This document shows positions 10,181 to 21,020 of a stretch of DNA of 64,000 nucleotides, piece by piece; the stretch's first letter is position 1; every line of letters begins with the position of its first letter. The notes beneath the pieces were generated by a model, which made no database searches, was not told the DNA's origin, and saw nothing but the letters and a program-made list of their open reading frames with translations. The position numbers and the translations under genes are program-made. The DNA comes from Hydrurus foetidus (Eukaryota). The stretch covers positions 310,001-374,000 of the forward strand of contig UYFQ01000260.1 of NCBI GenBank assembly GCA_900617105.1, read 5' to 3'.

Positions 10181-12382
10181 ATGAACCGCAACAACATCGA
10201 GCTGAAGATCTTCGGCCTGATCATGGGCATGGCGGCCGCCATGGTCCTGATTGCCGCTGGCCTGTTGTTCACCGCCACCCGCCAGGCCGATCTGCGCGAG
10301 CGCCAGTACGAACAGACCCTGGTCAGCAACGGCCTGCGTCAGCGCGGCAAGGAAGTTCAAACCAGCCTCAATCCCTATGTCATCTGGGACGAGGCGATCC
10401 ACAAGCTGGACAACGACTTCGACCTGGCCTGGGCCAACCAGAACATCGGCGCCTCGATTGGCGGCGCCCTGGGCTACAGCGTCGTCTTCGTGCTCGACGC
10501 CGACAACAGGCCGATCTACGGCCACATCAACGGCACCGATGTGGCGCCGGAATCCTTCGACCTTTACGCCGCCCAGACCCAGAAGCTGATCAGCCAGGTT
10601 CGCGCGATCGAGACCGACCCCGCCAAGGTCGCCAAGATGCGCGCGGTCCATTTCAGCCGCGTCGAGCTGGTGGGCAACGAGGCGGTGATGATCACCGTGT
10701 CCCTGGTGCGTCCGGATCTGAAGGCCAGGACGCGTGGCGCCCGGGCGCCGCTGGTGGTCTCGGGCATGCCGGTCGCCAGCAGCGTGGTGAACGCCTTCTC
10801 CGAACGCTTCCTGCTCAAGAACGCCCGTATCGAGATCGTGCCGGCCAGCCAGATCAAGGGCGAGAACGCCCAGACCCTTCTGGGCCGGGCCCCGGACGGC
10901 CGCGGCATCGTGCTGCGCTGGGACCCCCGCAAGCCGGGCGCCGAGCTGCTGCGGCAGGCCACGCCCATCCTGGCCCTGGCCGCCCTGGCCGCCGGTATCG
11001 GCGCGTTGATGCTGTTCCGCGTCACCCGCCGCGCCGCCAAGAAGCTGCTGCTCAGCGAGGCCGAGGCCAAGCATCTGGCCCTGCACGACCCCCTGACGGG
11101 CCTGGCCAACCGCACCCTTTTTACCGACCGCCTGATCCACGCCCACGCCCTGCTGCGGCGCAAGTCGGGCTATCTGGGCGTGCTGTGCATCGACCTGGAC
11201 CGCTTCAAGGAGGTCAATGACAGCTACGGTCACGACGCCGGCGACCAGGTCATTCGCGAAGTCGCCCGCCGCCTGCAGGCCATCTGCCGCGAGACCGACA
11301 CCATCTGCCGCCTGGGCGGCGACGAGTTCGCGATCATCCAGCCCGACACTACCCCCGCCGGCTGCGCCGCCCTGGCCCAACGCGTGGTCGAGGGTCTGTC
11401 GGGCGATCTGGACCTCAGTATCGGCCGCGCCGAACTGTCCTGCTCGGTGGGCGTGGCGGTGGTGTCCGACGCCGACGAGGGCCAGGCCGAGATGCTGCGA
11501 CAGGCCGATGTCGCCCTGTACCGCGCCAAGGAATCGGGTCGCGGCCGCTACTGCTTCTTCGAGCCGGAGATGGACGCCGCCCTGCGCCTGCGCAAAGGCT
11601 TGGAGCGTGACCTGCGCGCCGCCATCGACCAGGAGCGCCTGACCGTCGCCTATCAGCCCCTGACCGACGCGCGTGGCGTCATCCAGGGCGTCGAGGCCCT
11701 GGCGCGCTGGCGCGATCCCGAGCGCGGCGACATCTCGCCCGCCATCTTCATTCCGCTGGCCGAGTCGACCGGCCTGATCGCCGCCATCGGCCGGTCGGTC
11801 TTCCGCCGCGCCTGCTATGACAGCCTGCGCTGGTCGGGGCTGGAGGTCTCGGTCAATGTCTCGGCCCTGCAGCTGTCGGCGCCGGGCTTCGTCGACGAGA
11901 TCGAGCAGATCCTGGCCGAGACGGGGGCCAAGGCCGCCGACTTCGTGCTGGAGATCACCGAGACGGCCTTGCTGAAAGACAGCGACGGCGTTCACGACGC
12001 CCTGCGCCGCATCAAGCGTCTGGGCTTCCGCCTGGCGCTGGACGACTTCGGCACCGGCTATGCCAGCCTGGCCTATCTGCGCCGCCATCCGATCGACAAG
12101 CTGAAGATCGACCGCTCCTTCGTGTCCACCCTGTCGCCCGATGGCGAGGTCACGTCGGTGGCCGGGGCCATCATCAGCCTGGCCAAGTCGCTGGGCCTGA
12201 AGACGACGGCCGAGGGCGTCGAGACCCAGGCCCAGTTCGACACCCTGGTGAAGCTGGGCTGCGTCGAATTCCAGGGCTTCCTGCTGGGCCGCCCCATGCC
12301 CGCCGACGACATCGCCGCCGCCCGAGACGCCCGCCAGGCGCTGGCGAACGCCGCCAAGGTCTCGGCCCGCCAGCGTCGCTAG
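10181..12382 (+). CDS. CHASE4-GGDEF-EAL diguanylate cyclase/phosphodiesterase
   Basis: Two TM helices flanking a sensor domain (WDE motif); intact GGDEF; EAL, DDFGTG, EGVE. Confidence 0.9.
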   Translation: MNRNNIELKIFGLIMGMAAAMVLIAAGLLFTATRQADLRERQYEQTLVSNGLRQRGKEVQTSLNPYVIWDEAIHKLDNDFDLAWANQNIGASIGGALGYSVVFVLDADNRPIYGHINGTDVAPESFDLYAAQTQKLISQVRAIETDPAKVAKMRAVHFSRVELVGNEAVMITVSLVRPDLKARTRGARAPLVVSGMPVASSVVNAFSERFLLKNARIEIVPASQIKGENAQTLLGRAPDGRGIVLRWDPRKPGAELLRQATPILALAALAAGIGALMLFRVTRRAAKKLLLSEAEAKHLALHDPLTGLANRTLFTDRLIHAHALLRRKSGYLGVLCIDLDRFKEVNDSYGHDAGDQVIREVARRLQAICRETDTICRLGGDEFAIIQPDTTPAGCAALAQRVVEGLSGDLDLSIGRAELSCSVGVAVVSDADEGQAEMLRQADVALYRAKESGRGRYCFFEPEMDAALRLRKGLERDLRAAIDQERLTVAYQPLTDARGVIQGVEALARWRDPERGDISPAIFIPLAESTGLIAAIGRSVFRRACYDSLRWSGLEVSVNVSALQLSAPGFVDEIEQILAETGAKAADFVLEITETALLKDSDGVHDALRRIKRLGFRLALDDFGTGYASLAYLRRHPIDKLKIDRSFVSTLSPDGEVTSVAGAIISLAKSLGLKTTAEGVETQAQFDTLVKLGCVEFQGFLLGRPMPADDIAAARDARQALANAAKVSARQRR

Positions 12383-12486
12383 AGCGTTATTCGGCGAAGT
12401 GGATACCGGTTCGCCGCCGAAATAACGCGTCAAAACAAGAATCTAGAGCAAACGACATGATTCAATCATGGCGACTTTTGCTCTAG
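12379..12486. repeat. CIR/BRU-RS/RIME-like palindromic intergenic element
   Basis: CTAGAGC...GAAGTGG-ACCGGTTCG...AAAACAA..CTAGAGCA...GCTCTAG; contains two GANTC sites; related inverted copy at 23194. Confidence 0.8.
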
Positions 12487-12582
12487 ACGCCTTCGCAAAG
12501 GAAGGCTGGTCAACCGGCGGTCTTGCACGGCATCCTCCGTCTCAACAGGGGCGCTGACCTCTGGGCTTGGGAGGGATGCGGC

Positions 12583-14035
12583 GTGGATCATCAAGGCGTG
12601 AGTCGGCGAGGCCTGGGGGCCATGCTTCTGGGGGCCGGGGTTGTCGGCGGGGCGGCGCTTGGCCTGTCGGGATGCGCGCGCGGGCCGGACACCGAGCTTG
12701 ATCCCAAATCCCGGCAATTCCCGCAGGACTTCCTTTGGGCGTCGCCTCGGCGGCCTTTCAGACCGAGGGCGCCCAGAACGTCGATGGGCGGGGCCCCAGC
12801 GTCTGGGACGTGTTCGAGAAAAAGCCCGGCATCGTTGTCGACGGCTCCGACGCCACCGTCGCCACCGACAGCTATCGCCGCTACGCCGACGACGTGGACC
12901 TGATCGCCGGGGCGGGGCTGGACGCCTATCGCTTCTCCATCTCGTGGTCGCGGGTGCTGCCGACGGGCGAGGGGGCGATCAATCCGGCGGGGCTGGACCA
13001 CTATTCAAAGATGGTCGACGCCATGCTGGCCAAGGGGATCACGCCCTATGCCACGCTGTTCCACTGGGACCTGCCCCAGGCCCTGCAGGACAAGGGCGGC
13101 TGGAAGAACCGCGACACCGCCCTTCGCTTCGCCGACTACGCCCATGTGGTGGTCGACCGGCTGGGCGACCGGCTCAAGCACTATATCGCCCTCAACGAGG
13201 CGGCGGTTCACGCGGTGTTCGGCCATGTGCTGGGCGAGCACGCGCCGGGACTGAAGGACATGGATCTGCTGGGGCCGACGGTCCACCACATGAACCTGGC
13301 CCAGGGCTGGCGATGCAGGCCTTGCGGGCCGGGCGGGCGACCTGTCGGTGGGCACCACCATGGCGCTGCAGCCGTGCCGGCCGGCCGGCGGCGAGCTGGC
13401 GTTCTGGAACCGTCTGGCCTCGGACGGCCTGGACGCCCTGTGGAACCGCGCCTGGCTGGATCCCCTGTTCAAGGGAACCTATCCCAAGGAACTGCAGGAC
13501 CTGCTGAAGGCGGGGGTGGTGCGCGACGGCGACATGGCCGCGATCCGCCAGAAGGTCGACTTCCTGGGGGTGAACTATTACGCACCCGCCTATGTGCGTC
13601 TGGACCTGTCCTCGCCCAGCAAGATCGCGCCCGCCAATCCGCCCAAGGGCGCGGAGCTGGACGCCTTTGGCCGGCACATCGACCCGTCGGGTCTTTTCCA
13701 GGTGCTGGACAGGGTGCGCCGCGACTATGGCAATCCGCCGGTGCTGATCACCGAGAACGGCTGTTCCGATCCGTTCAGCAAGGGGCCGGCGGTGATCGAC
13801 GACACGTTCCGGATCAACTATCTGCGCCGCCATCTGGAGGCGGTGCTGGTCGCGCGCGAGGCGGGCTCGCCGGTTGGCGGCTATTTCTGCTGGACCCTGC
13901 TCGACAATTTCGAGTGGGACCTGGGCTACACCTCCAAGTTCGGCCTGGTGGCGCACGACCGGGTCACCGGGGTGCGAACGCCCAAGGCCTCTTACGGGTG
14001 GTTCATAGGCTGGGCAAGCGGGCGCTGCCGGTCAA
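12583..14035 (+). CDS. GH1 beta-glucosidase with Tat/lipoprotein signal (indels; end approximate)
   Basis: SRRGL...LSGC; AAFQTEG, YRFSISWSR, TLFHWDLP, NEA, ITENG, DNFEW. Confidence 0.9.
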
Positions 14036-14072
14036 GCTGCAGATCGGGTACGACGATACCGATGATCGTGGC

Positions 14073-14181
14073 GTCATCCCGGACAAGCCCGGCGAAGCCG
14101 GGCGCAGATCCGGGACCGCCGGAAGCGCTGAGTTCAGGCGTCGGTCCCGGATCTTCGCGCTTCGCGCTTGTCCGGGATGAC
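14073..14181. repeat. GTCATCCC-type palindromic REP-like element, copy 1
   Basis: GTCATCCCGGACAAGC...GCTTGTCCGGGATGAC with internal hairpins; relatives at 51956 and 56585. Confidence 0.85.
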
Positions 14182-14228
14182 AAACCGTTTTTGATCAGAT
14201 GCAATGACCTGCCCTTCAGAGGCAGGAC

Positions 14229-14972
14229 TTAGTCCGGCTTTGCAGACCAGCACGTCCTGCCGTCGCGCTTGGCGGGTCCAGGCGGCCGGGCAGGGCTTGG
14301 GATCAGCGAAGTCGATGATGAACTCCGCCTTGGCCGACGCGGTCGGCTTGGCCACGGGCTTGGGCGCCTCGGTCACCACCGGTTCAGGCGGCGCGGCCTG
14401 CTCGACTGCGGGCGCGGGCGCCGGCTCGGGAGCCGGAACCGGTTCCGGCAGGGCCTCGACGGCCGGCGCCGGCGCCGGTTCGACCGGCTTGGCGGCGTTG
14501 TAGATCAGGGCCTTGCCCAGGATGTTGGACTTCTTTTCCAGCGTCTTGGCGCGGGTTTCGCAGTCGCCGGGCGGCGACCAGCTCATCCACACCTGGGCCA
14601 GGCGCGCCTTGTTGGCCGAATCCGCGCCGCTCCAGACCGAGCGGCCCTTCTTGACGGCCGCGCCGCCATATTCGGAGATCGGACGCGGGCTGGCCTTTTC
14701 GGCCGCCGTGATCGCCGCGGTGAAGACCTTCATGTCGGCGCGGGCCTGGGCGCGCATCTCGGGATAGGTCTTCAGTGAGGCCGCGACCCCGTCGGGACCG
14801 GGAAAGGCCTTCTCGATGCGGGTGACTTCCGGCATCACCCGATCATAGAGATCGACATAGCCGCCCAGAGCGCCATAGCACCACGCGACATAGCCATAGT
14901 CGTCGCTGGGCGGCGTGGCGGCGGAGGACGCCGACCCATCATGGCCAGGGCGAGAAAGAGGGCGGTCGCCAT
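14229..14972 (-). CDS. Secreted hypothetical protein with Pro/Ala/Glu-rich linker (indels)
   Basis: Signal-like N-terminus, AWCYGALGGY, EPAPAP tract, host-like codon usage. Confidence 0.65.
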
Positions 14973-15271
14973 GCGGGCGGAAGTCCTTTTGAGGTCTGTG
15001 ACGCTTTGACTAGAGCATTTCGGAGCGGAATGGGACCACAGCAAGGCGCCTTTGGCGTCAGCACGTTCCCAAGCTGGGCCATAACGGGCGATGACGCGAA
15101 AGGCTCCAGCATGAATTCGGGTTCATCCCACCGGCCCTGGGGTGGGGCCGGCGGCGGAATATGTTAGAAGGCCGACAGAGAGCGTGATCCGTATCGCGTT
15201 GTCGCGCGTACCTTTCCTGTCGTCACGTCCTTGCCATCACCCCGCCACCCTTTTGGGCTTTCACCGCTTCC

Positions 15272-15965
15272 ATGACTTTCTGGCGCAACATCGCAACCAT
15301 AGCCGCGCGCCGGCTCGACCTGGCCGAGTGCCCGGACTGTCCGGCGGGCTTGCCGGGCGAGGATCCGGCGTTCTCGACGGCGGTCACGGCTCTGGGCGCC
15401 AAGCTGGCCAAGGCCGACGGCCGGGCCGACGGGCACGAGTTCGCCGCCTTCAGCGAGGTTTTCCAGCCCGATCCGGCCTCGGAAGACAACATCCACCGCC
15501 TGTATGACCTGGCCCGCCAGACCACCCATGGCTTTGAAAGCTACGCCAAGCGCCTGGCGAAACGCTATCGCACCTGTCCGCAGATCCTCGAGGACGTGGT
15601 CGACGGCCTGTTCCACATCGCCAAGGCTGACGGCGTGGTGACCCAGGTCGAGCTGGACTATCTGAGCGGGTGGCGGACGCCTTTCGTCGCGTCGCTGGCC
15701 TTTCGCTACCGGCTGCGCGCCGTGCATCTGGGATCGGGCCGACGATCCGTACATGATCCTGGACGTGGCGCACGACGCTGACGACGCTGCAGTGCGTTCG
15801 GCCTGGAAGACAGCCCTGTCCGCAGCGCACCCCGACCGCGCCCGCGCCCGGGGGCTGCCCAGCGATTTCATCGAGGTGGCCGAGGCCAAGTCGGCGGCGA
15901 TCAACGAGGCCTTCAGCACCGTGATGCGCGAGCGTCGCGAGCTGGGTCTGGCGACCGCCGGTTGA
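15272..15965 (+). CDS. DjlA-like TerB plus C-terminal J-domain co-chaperone (indels)
   Basis: AKLAKADG, FHIAKADG, HPD motif, INEAF. Confidence 0.85.
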
Positions 15966-16124
15966 CCCGCGCCGTGCGAGTCGCGGCGCGAGACACTCTG
16001 TCTCGGGAGAAATAGGCTTTTCAGATCGATCACGCGGGTGTTGAGTTGACGTTCAGTGTCCGTGCACCAACCTTGTTGACCATACGTGCTGAGTTGCGGC
16101 GTTCACGCTGAGAAGGGACGATCA

Positions 16125-16417
16125 ATGACGGGTTCGACCACGATGACCGGCGGTTCTGCTCTGCGCAGCCTTGCTTGGCTGGCTGGTGCGCTGGCGACTC
16201 CGCCGCTGTCGTCATCGGTTCGGTGCTGGCCGTCGTTTTCGCCGCCACGGTGGTGGTCATCGGGTTCATGGGCAGCGCGCTCTTTGGTCTGGTGGCTCTG
16301 GCCCTGCGGGCCCGGCGCACCGTCCAGGCCAAGACCAGCAGCGATCCGACCCTGATCGAAGCCCGCAATGTCGGTGGCCATTCCTGGGTCGCCTACGGCT
16401 GGAACGAGCGGCCCTAG
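16125..16417 (+). CDS. Small membrane protein (one indel)
   Basis: Hydrophobic segment followed by LIEARNVGGHSWVAYGW. Confidence 0.6.
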
Positions 16418-16423
16418 GCTGCC

Positions 16424-16681
16424 CTAGCCGTAGTGGTAGCGGCACTGAGCGATCAGCAGCCCGTCTTCGGAGGGGCGATAAACTAGGCGATGTTCCTGGG
16501 TCAGGCGCCTGGACCACCAACCCGATAGAGCGCCGCGCAGCGGCTCAGGCTTGCCCGTACCTTTGAACGGCGTGCGGGCGCACTCCCTGATCAGGCCGTT
16601 GAGGCGCGTGAGCAGCTTGGGATCATGCGCCTGCCAATACAGATAGTCGTCCCAGGCCTGCTCACTGAAGACGAGCTTCAT
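16424..16681 (-). CDS. yoeB: Txe/YoeB-family toxin
   Basis: AWDDYLYWQ, GKPEPL, WSRRLTQEHRLVY, CRYHY. Confidence 0.95.
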   Translation of the reverse strand: MKLVFSEQAWDDYLYWQAHDPKLLTRLNGLIRECARTPFKGTGKPEPLRGALSGWWSRRLTQEHRLVYRPSEDGLLIAQCRYHYG

Positions 16682-16932
16682 TCGGCGAGCGGGCGTTCGC
16701 TTCCCAAGCCTTGATCCAGTTGCGTCACGGCGGCGAGCAGCCGGTCGGCATTGGCGGGGCTACGCAGCAGGTAGCGCGTTTCCTCGAAGGCGGCGAAGTC
16801 TTCCAGCGACATCAAGACGGCGGAAGGCTTGCCTTTGTCGCGCGTGATGATCACCGGCTCATGGTCGTTGTTCACGCGGTCAAGCATGACGGCGAGGTTC
16901 TTGCGCAGTTCGCTATAGGACGTCGTTCGCAT
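16678..16932 (-). CDS. yefM: YefM/Phd antitoxin
   Basis: SYSELRKNL, PVIITR, EETRYLLRSPANA. Confidence 0.95.
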   Translation of the reverse strand: MRTTSYSELRKNLAVMLDRVNNDHEPVIITRDKGKPSAVLMSLEDFAAFEETRYLLRSPANADRLLAAVTQLDQGLGSERPLAE

Positions 16933-16941
16933 GGATCATAT

Positions 16942-16957
16942 GTACGCAATTGCGTAC
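16942..16957. promoter_or_regulatory. Probable YefM-YoeB operator
   Basis: Perfect 16-bp palindrome GTACGCAATTGCGTAC just upstream of yefM. Confidence 0.7.
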
Positions 16958-17079
16958 TCAATGTCCAGGTTTCGTTCGCTGTTGGGCGAACGCAGCGGTT
17001 TCATCACGCTTCAACGTCGCCCTTGCGGCGAGCGTCGGTGTGGCCGATGCTGCTTTCAAACAAGCGTTGGGAGGCGAGC

Positions 17080-17370
17080 ATGATCGGTGTGGTGGCGACC
17101 TTGAAGGTCCAGGTCGAAAAGACCTCTGAATTCGAAGCGGTATTCCTGGATCTGGCGGCCAAGGTGAAGGCCAACGAGCCCGGCTGCCTTCTCTATCAGC
17201 TGACCAAGAGCAAGACCGAGGCCGGAACCTACAAGGTTCTGGAGCTGTATGCCTCGATGGATGACCTGAAGGCGCACGGCGGCACCGACTATTTCAAGGC
17301 CGGCGGCGCGGCGATGGGGCCGTTCATGGCCGGTCGTCCCGAGATCGAATATCTGGACGCGGTGGAGTAG
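17080..17370 (+). CDS. ABM-domain (putative quinol) monooxygenase
   Basis: VKANEPGCLLYQL, ELY...LKAH. Confidence 0.85.
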   Translation: MIGVVATLKVQVEKTSEFEAVFLDLAAKVKANEPGCLLYQLTKSKTEAGTYKVLELYASMDDLKAHGGTDYFKAGGAAMGPFMAGRPEIEYLDAVE

Positions 17371-17375
17371 CAGTC

Positions 17376-18586
17376 ATGGATCTCGCTTTTTCGCCTGAAG
17401 ACCTGGCCTTCCAGCAGGAGGTCCGCGACTGGATCGCCGGCGCCTATGACGACGATTTGCGCCGCCAGATGAGCCAGTCCAAGAACGGCTATCTGGACAA
17501 GGCCGGCCAGGTGAAATGGCAAAAGAAGCTGGCCGAGCGTGGCTGGGCCGCGCCTGACTGGCCGGTCGAGTGGGGTGGTTGCGACTTCACCGCTTCGCAG
17601 CGCTACATTTTCAACATGGAACTGAGCCTGGCGGGCACGCCAAACCCCTCGCCCATGGGCCTGAAGATGTGCGCGCCGGTCGTCCTGGCGTTCGGCACTG
17701 AAGAGCAGAAAAGCAGCACCTGCCGCCGATCCTGCCGTCCGGACATCTGGTGGTGCTGCAGCTATTCGGAGCCGGGTTCAGGCTCTGACCTGGCCTCATT
17801 GCAGATGAAGGCCGAGCGCGACGGTGACGACTATGTGCTGAACGGCTCGAAGATCTGGACCACCCAGGCCCAGTGGGCCGACTGGATGTTCTGCCTGGTG
17901 CGCACTCGACCGAGGGCAAGCCCCAGAACGGCATCAGCTTCCTGCTGCTGCGCATGGACAGCCCCGGCATCCAGATCAAGCCGCTGCCGACCCTGGACGG
18001 TTCTCGCCGAGGGCGAGCAGGAGATCAATCAGGCTTCTTCGACAATGTCCGCGTGCCGATCGCCAATCGTATCGGCGAGGAGAACAAGGGCTGGACCTAC
18101 GCCAAGTACCTGCTCGAGTTCGAGCGCGGCAACGCCTATGCGCCGGGCCTGATGAACATGATCCGCAAGGTGCGCAAGATCGCGACCCTGGAGTTGGCCG
18201 ACGATGGCGGCCGCCTGATCGACGATCCAGACTTCCGTTCCAAGATCGCCAATCTGGAGATTTCGGTCGAGGCGCTGAACGCCGCAGAATTGCGGATCTT
18301 CTCGGGTCGCAGCGCCGGCAAGGCGGTGGGACCGGTCTCGTCGATGCTGAAATGTGTGGGCTCGGAGGCCCAGCAGGCCATCACCGAACTGACCCTGGAG
18401 GCGGTCGGAACCTATGCCGCGCCGTTCGTCCGCGACACCTGGGCGCCGACCAATGAAGGCCGGGCCGGCCCCGACTATGCCGCGCCCGCCGCGCCCAGCT
18501 ATTTCAGCTACCGCAAGGCTTCGATCTATGCCGGATCCAACGAGATCCAGCGCAACATCATGGCCAAGATGGTGCTGGGCCTCTGA
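17376..18586 (+). CDS. Acyl-CoA dehydrogenase (indels)
   Basis: YSEPGSGSDLASL, NGSKIWTT, SIYAGSNEIQRNI. Confidence 0.9.
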
Positions 18587-18593
18587 AGGCCGC

Positions 18594-18630
18594 CGTCCTT
18601 CGGAGCTCGCCAAGCGGGCTTCGAGGGACG
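18594..18630. repeat. 17-bp stem hairpin (CGTC-type REP-like or terminator)
   Basis: CGTCCTTCGGAGCTCGC-CAA-GCGGGCTTCGAGGGACG, fully paired allowing G-U. Confidence 0.6.
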
Positions 18631-18738
18631 CCTGGCGCCTTAGCCAGATACAGGTTCGGTTGCAGTTTTTCTGCATAGTCCACAATCGCAACCCGCTCCA
18701 TAACCTCTCCCAACACCGACCCTCCTTCGGAGCGCCCC

Positions 18739-19551
18739 ATGGCCCTCGACTCTCTCTTCAAGCCGTTCGAATTCAAGGCGCTGAAAATGCCCAACCGGGT
18801 GGTGATGGCGCCGATGACCCGGTCGTTCTCGCCAGGCGGCGTGCCCACCGACGACGTGGCCGCCTATTACCGTCGGCGCGCCGAGAACCAGGTCGGCCTG
18901 ATCATCACTGAAGGCACGGGCGTGGCCCGCGACGCCTCGCTGAACGACGCCAATGTCCCGCGCTTCCATGGCGAGAAGGAACTGGCGGCCTGGAAAAAGG
19001 TGGTCGACGAGGTCCACGCCGTCGGAGGCCTGATCGCGCCCCAGCTTTGGCACGTCGGCGCAGCCAAGGGTAAGGACGTCCTGGGCAAGATCGACAGCCC
19101 CTCGGGCCTGTCCAAGGCCGGCGGCAACCCCTTCACCGAGCCGATGACCGACGAAGAAGTGGCCGATACCATCGCCGCCTTCGCCGACGCCGCCCGCAAC
19201 GCCAAGCTGCTGGGCTTTGACGCCATCGAACTGCACGGCGCGCATGGCTATCTGATCGACCAGTTCTTCTGGGATGGCACCAATATCCGCGACGACGCCT
19301 TCGGCGGCCCGACCATCGCCGCTCGCAGCAAGTTCGCCGCCGAGATCCTGAAGGCTGTTCGGGCCGCCGTGGGTCCCGACTATCCGGTGATCATCCGCAT
19401 CTCGCAGTGGAAGCAGCAGGACTACGCGGTCAAGAACGCCCCGACCCCGCAGGAGCTGGAGGCTTGGCTTTCGCCCCTGGCCGACGCCGGCGCAGACATC
19501 TTCCACTGCAGCCAGCGCCGCTTCTGGGAGCCGGAATTCGAAGGCAGCGAC

Positions 19552-19587
<36 letters not shown>

Positions 19588-19830
19588 GCCCCGACCATCA
19601 CCGTCGGCTCGGTGGGCCTGTCGGGTGAGTTCATCGCGGCCTTCGGCGGCGAAGGCAGCCAGCCGGCCTCGATCGACGGTCTGCTGGAGCGCCTGGATCG
19701 CGGCGAGTTCGACCTGGTCGGCGTGGGCCGCGCCCTGCTGCAGGATCCGGAGTGGGTCGTGAAGATCCGCGATGGCCGCAATGACGAACTGAAGAACTTC
19801 GAACGCGAAGCCCTGGGCGTTCTCTACTAG
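18739..19830 (+). CDS. NADH:flavin oxidoreductase (old yellow enzyme family)
   Basis: NRVVMAPMTR, QLWHVG, ELHGAHGYLIDQF, VGRALL. Confidence 0.92.
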
Positions 19831-19931
19831 GGGCTCATGCCCTGCGTTCCGGCAGCCGCGACGACGGCCCCGGTCAATGGTCGCACTATCGGACGCGCTG
19901 CATACCGACGCTCCCAGCGGAGGCGCTTCAA

Positions 19932-20035
19932 GTCCTCCCCCCAGGGGGAGGTGTCGGCGCAGCCGACGGAGGGGAAGTTACCGCCGGCCTTGCGGTTTCC
20001 ACCGCCTCCGGCCGCCTCCCCTTCAGTGGGAGGAC
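19932..20035. repeat. CCTCCCC-type palindromic intergenic element, copy 1
   Basis: GTCCTCCCCCCAGGGGGAGGTGTCGGCGCAGCCGACGGAGGGG...GGAGGAC; near-identical 5' part at 34649. Confidence 0.85.
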
Positions 20036-20041
20036 CTTTCC

Positions 20042-20953
20042 CTACCCGTTGAAGTTCAGCTTCAGTCCAGGCCTCGGCCAGCGCGTCTTGTAGAGCTTGC
20101 CTGTCCCCGAGGCCGTGATCCACGCATCGCGCATGTCGGCCCCGCCAAAGCAGATGTTGGTCACGATCACGTCCGGGAAGGCAAAGTGCTCGGTCGACCC
20201 GTCGGTATCAAAGGCGGTGATCCCGCCATTGATGATGGTCGCCACGCAGACCTTGCCGCCGGCCTCGACCGCCAGGCTGTCGAGCAGTTGATAGCCCGGC
20301 AGGTTGCAGACCACATTGCCGGGCGCGAAGCCGGCTGCGGGGGCCAGCACGCCGGGCTCGGCGATGTCGAAGGACCACAGCCGTCCCAGCGAGGTGTCGG
20401 CCATGTAAACCGTCTTCTCGTCGGGCGAGAGGCCCACGCCGTTGGGCGAGACGAAGTGGTCGCGCTGCCGCGTGATCTTCGAGCCATCGGTCAGGGCGTA
20501 GTAGAGCGCGCCGAACTTGCGGCCCTCGGGCGTGCTGCAGCCGTGGTCGGTGAACCAGAACCCGCCCTGTTTGTCGAACACCAGGTCGTTGGGACCCACC
20601 AGGGCCTTGCCGTCGCACTCGGTGTAGAGCGTCGTGATCGCGCCGGTCGCCAGATCGACCCGCTGGATTGAGCCGCCCGTGTGGCTGGGCGGGGTCGGGC
20701 CGGGCACGTTCAGGCCGCCCATGTCGATGAACTGGAAGCTGCCGCCATTATTGGTGACATAGATCGCGCCGTCGGGGCCGATGGCCGCGCCGTTGGGACC
20801 GCCGCCGGTCTGCGCCACCGTCTCGCGCTTGCCGTCCGGGGTGATGCGGCTCAGCCGCTGGCCCTGGATCTCGGTAAGGATCACCGAGCCGTCGGCCATG
20901 GCGATGGGGCCCTCCGGAAACAGCAGGCCTTCGGCCACCAGTTCGATGTCCAT
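20042..20953 (-). CDS. SMP-30/gluconolactonase family protein
   Basis: FPEGP, GPNG, PNDLVFD, PNGVGLSPD, TNICFGG. Confidence 0.9.
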   Translation of the reverse strand: MDIELVAEGLLFPEGPIAMADGSVILTEIQGQRLSRITPDGKRETVAQTGGGPNGAAIGPDGAIYVTNNGGSFQFIDMGGLNVPGPTPPSHTGGSIQRVDLATGAITTLYTECDGKALVGPNDLVFDKQGGFWFTDHGCSTPEGRKFGALYYALTDGSKITRQRDHFVSPNGVGLSPDEKTVYMADTSLGRLWSFDIAEPGVLAPAAGFAPGNVVCNLPGYQLLDSLAVEAGGKVCVATIINGGITAFDTDGSTEHFAFPDVIVTNICFGGADMRDAWITASGTGKLYKTRWPRPGLKLNFNG

Positions 20954-21020
20954 CACGTCTCTCCCTGTGCGCCTCTGACGGGCGGATGGGGGGACTATAG
21001 ACGCCTGTTTAGACGCGGGG

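Noticed and set aside
9731..12433. 900-aa antisense ORF and similar long shadow ORFs (e.g. 44211-46052, 59266-60948)
   Set aside because: Stop-poor antisense frames of high-GC genes with no recognisable motifs.
18661..18675. TGCAG-N5-CTGCA dyad upstream of the flavin oxidoreductase as an operator
   Set aside because: Too short to distinguish from chance, and no cognate regulator is adjacent.
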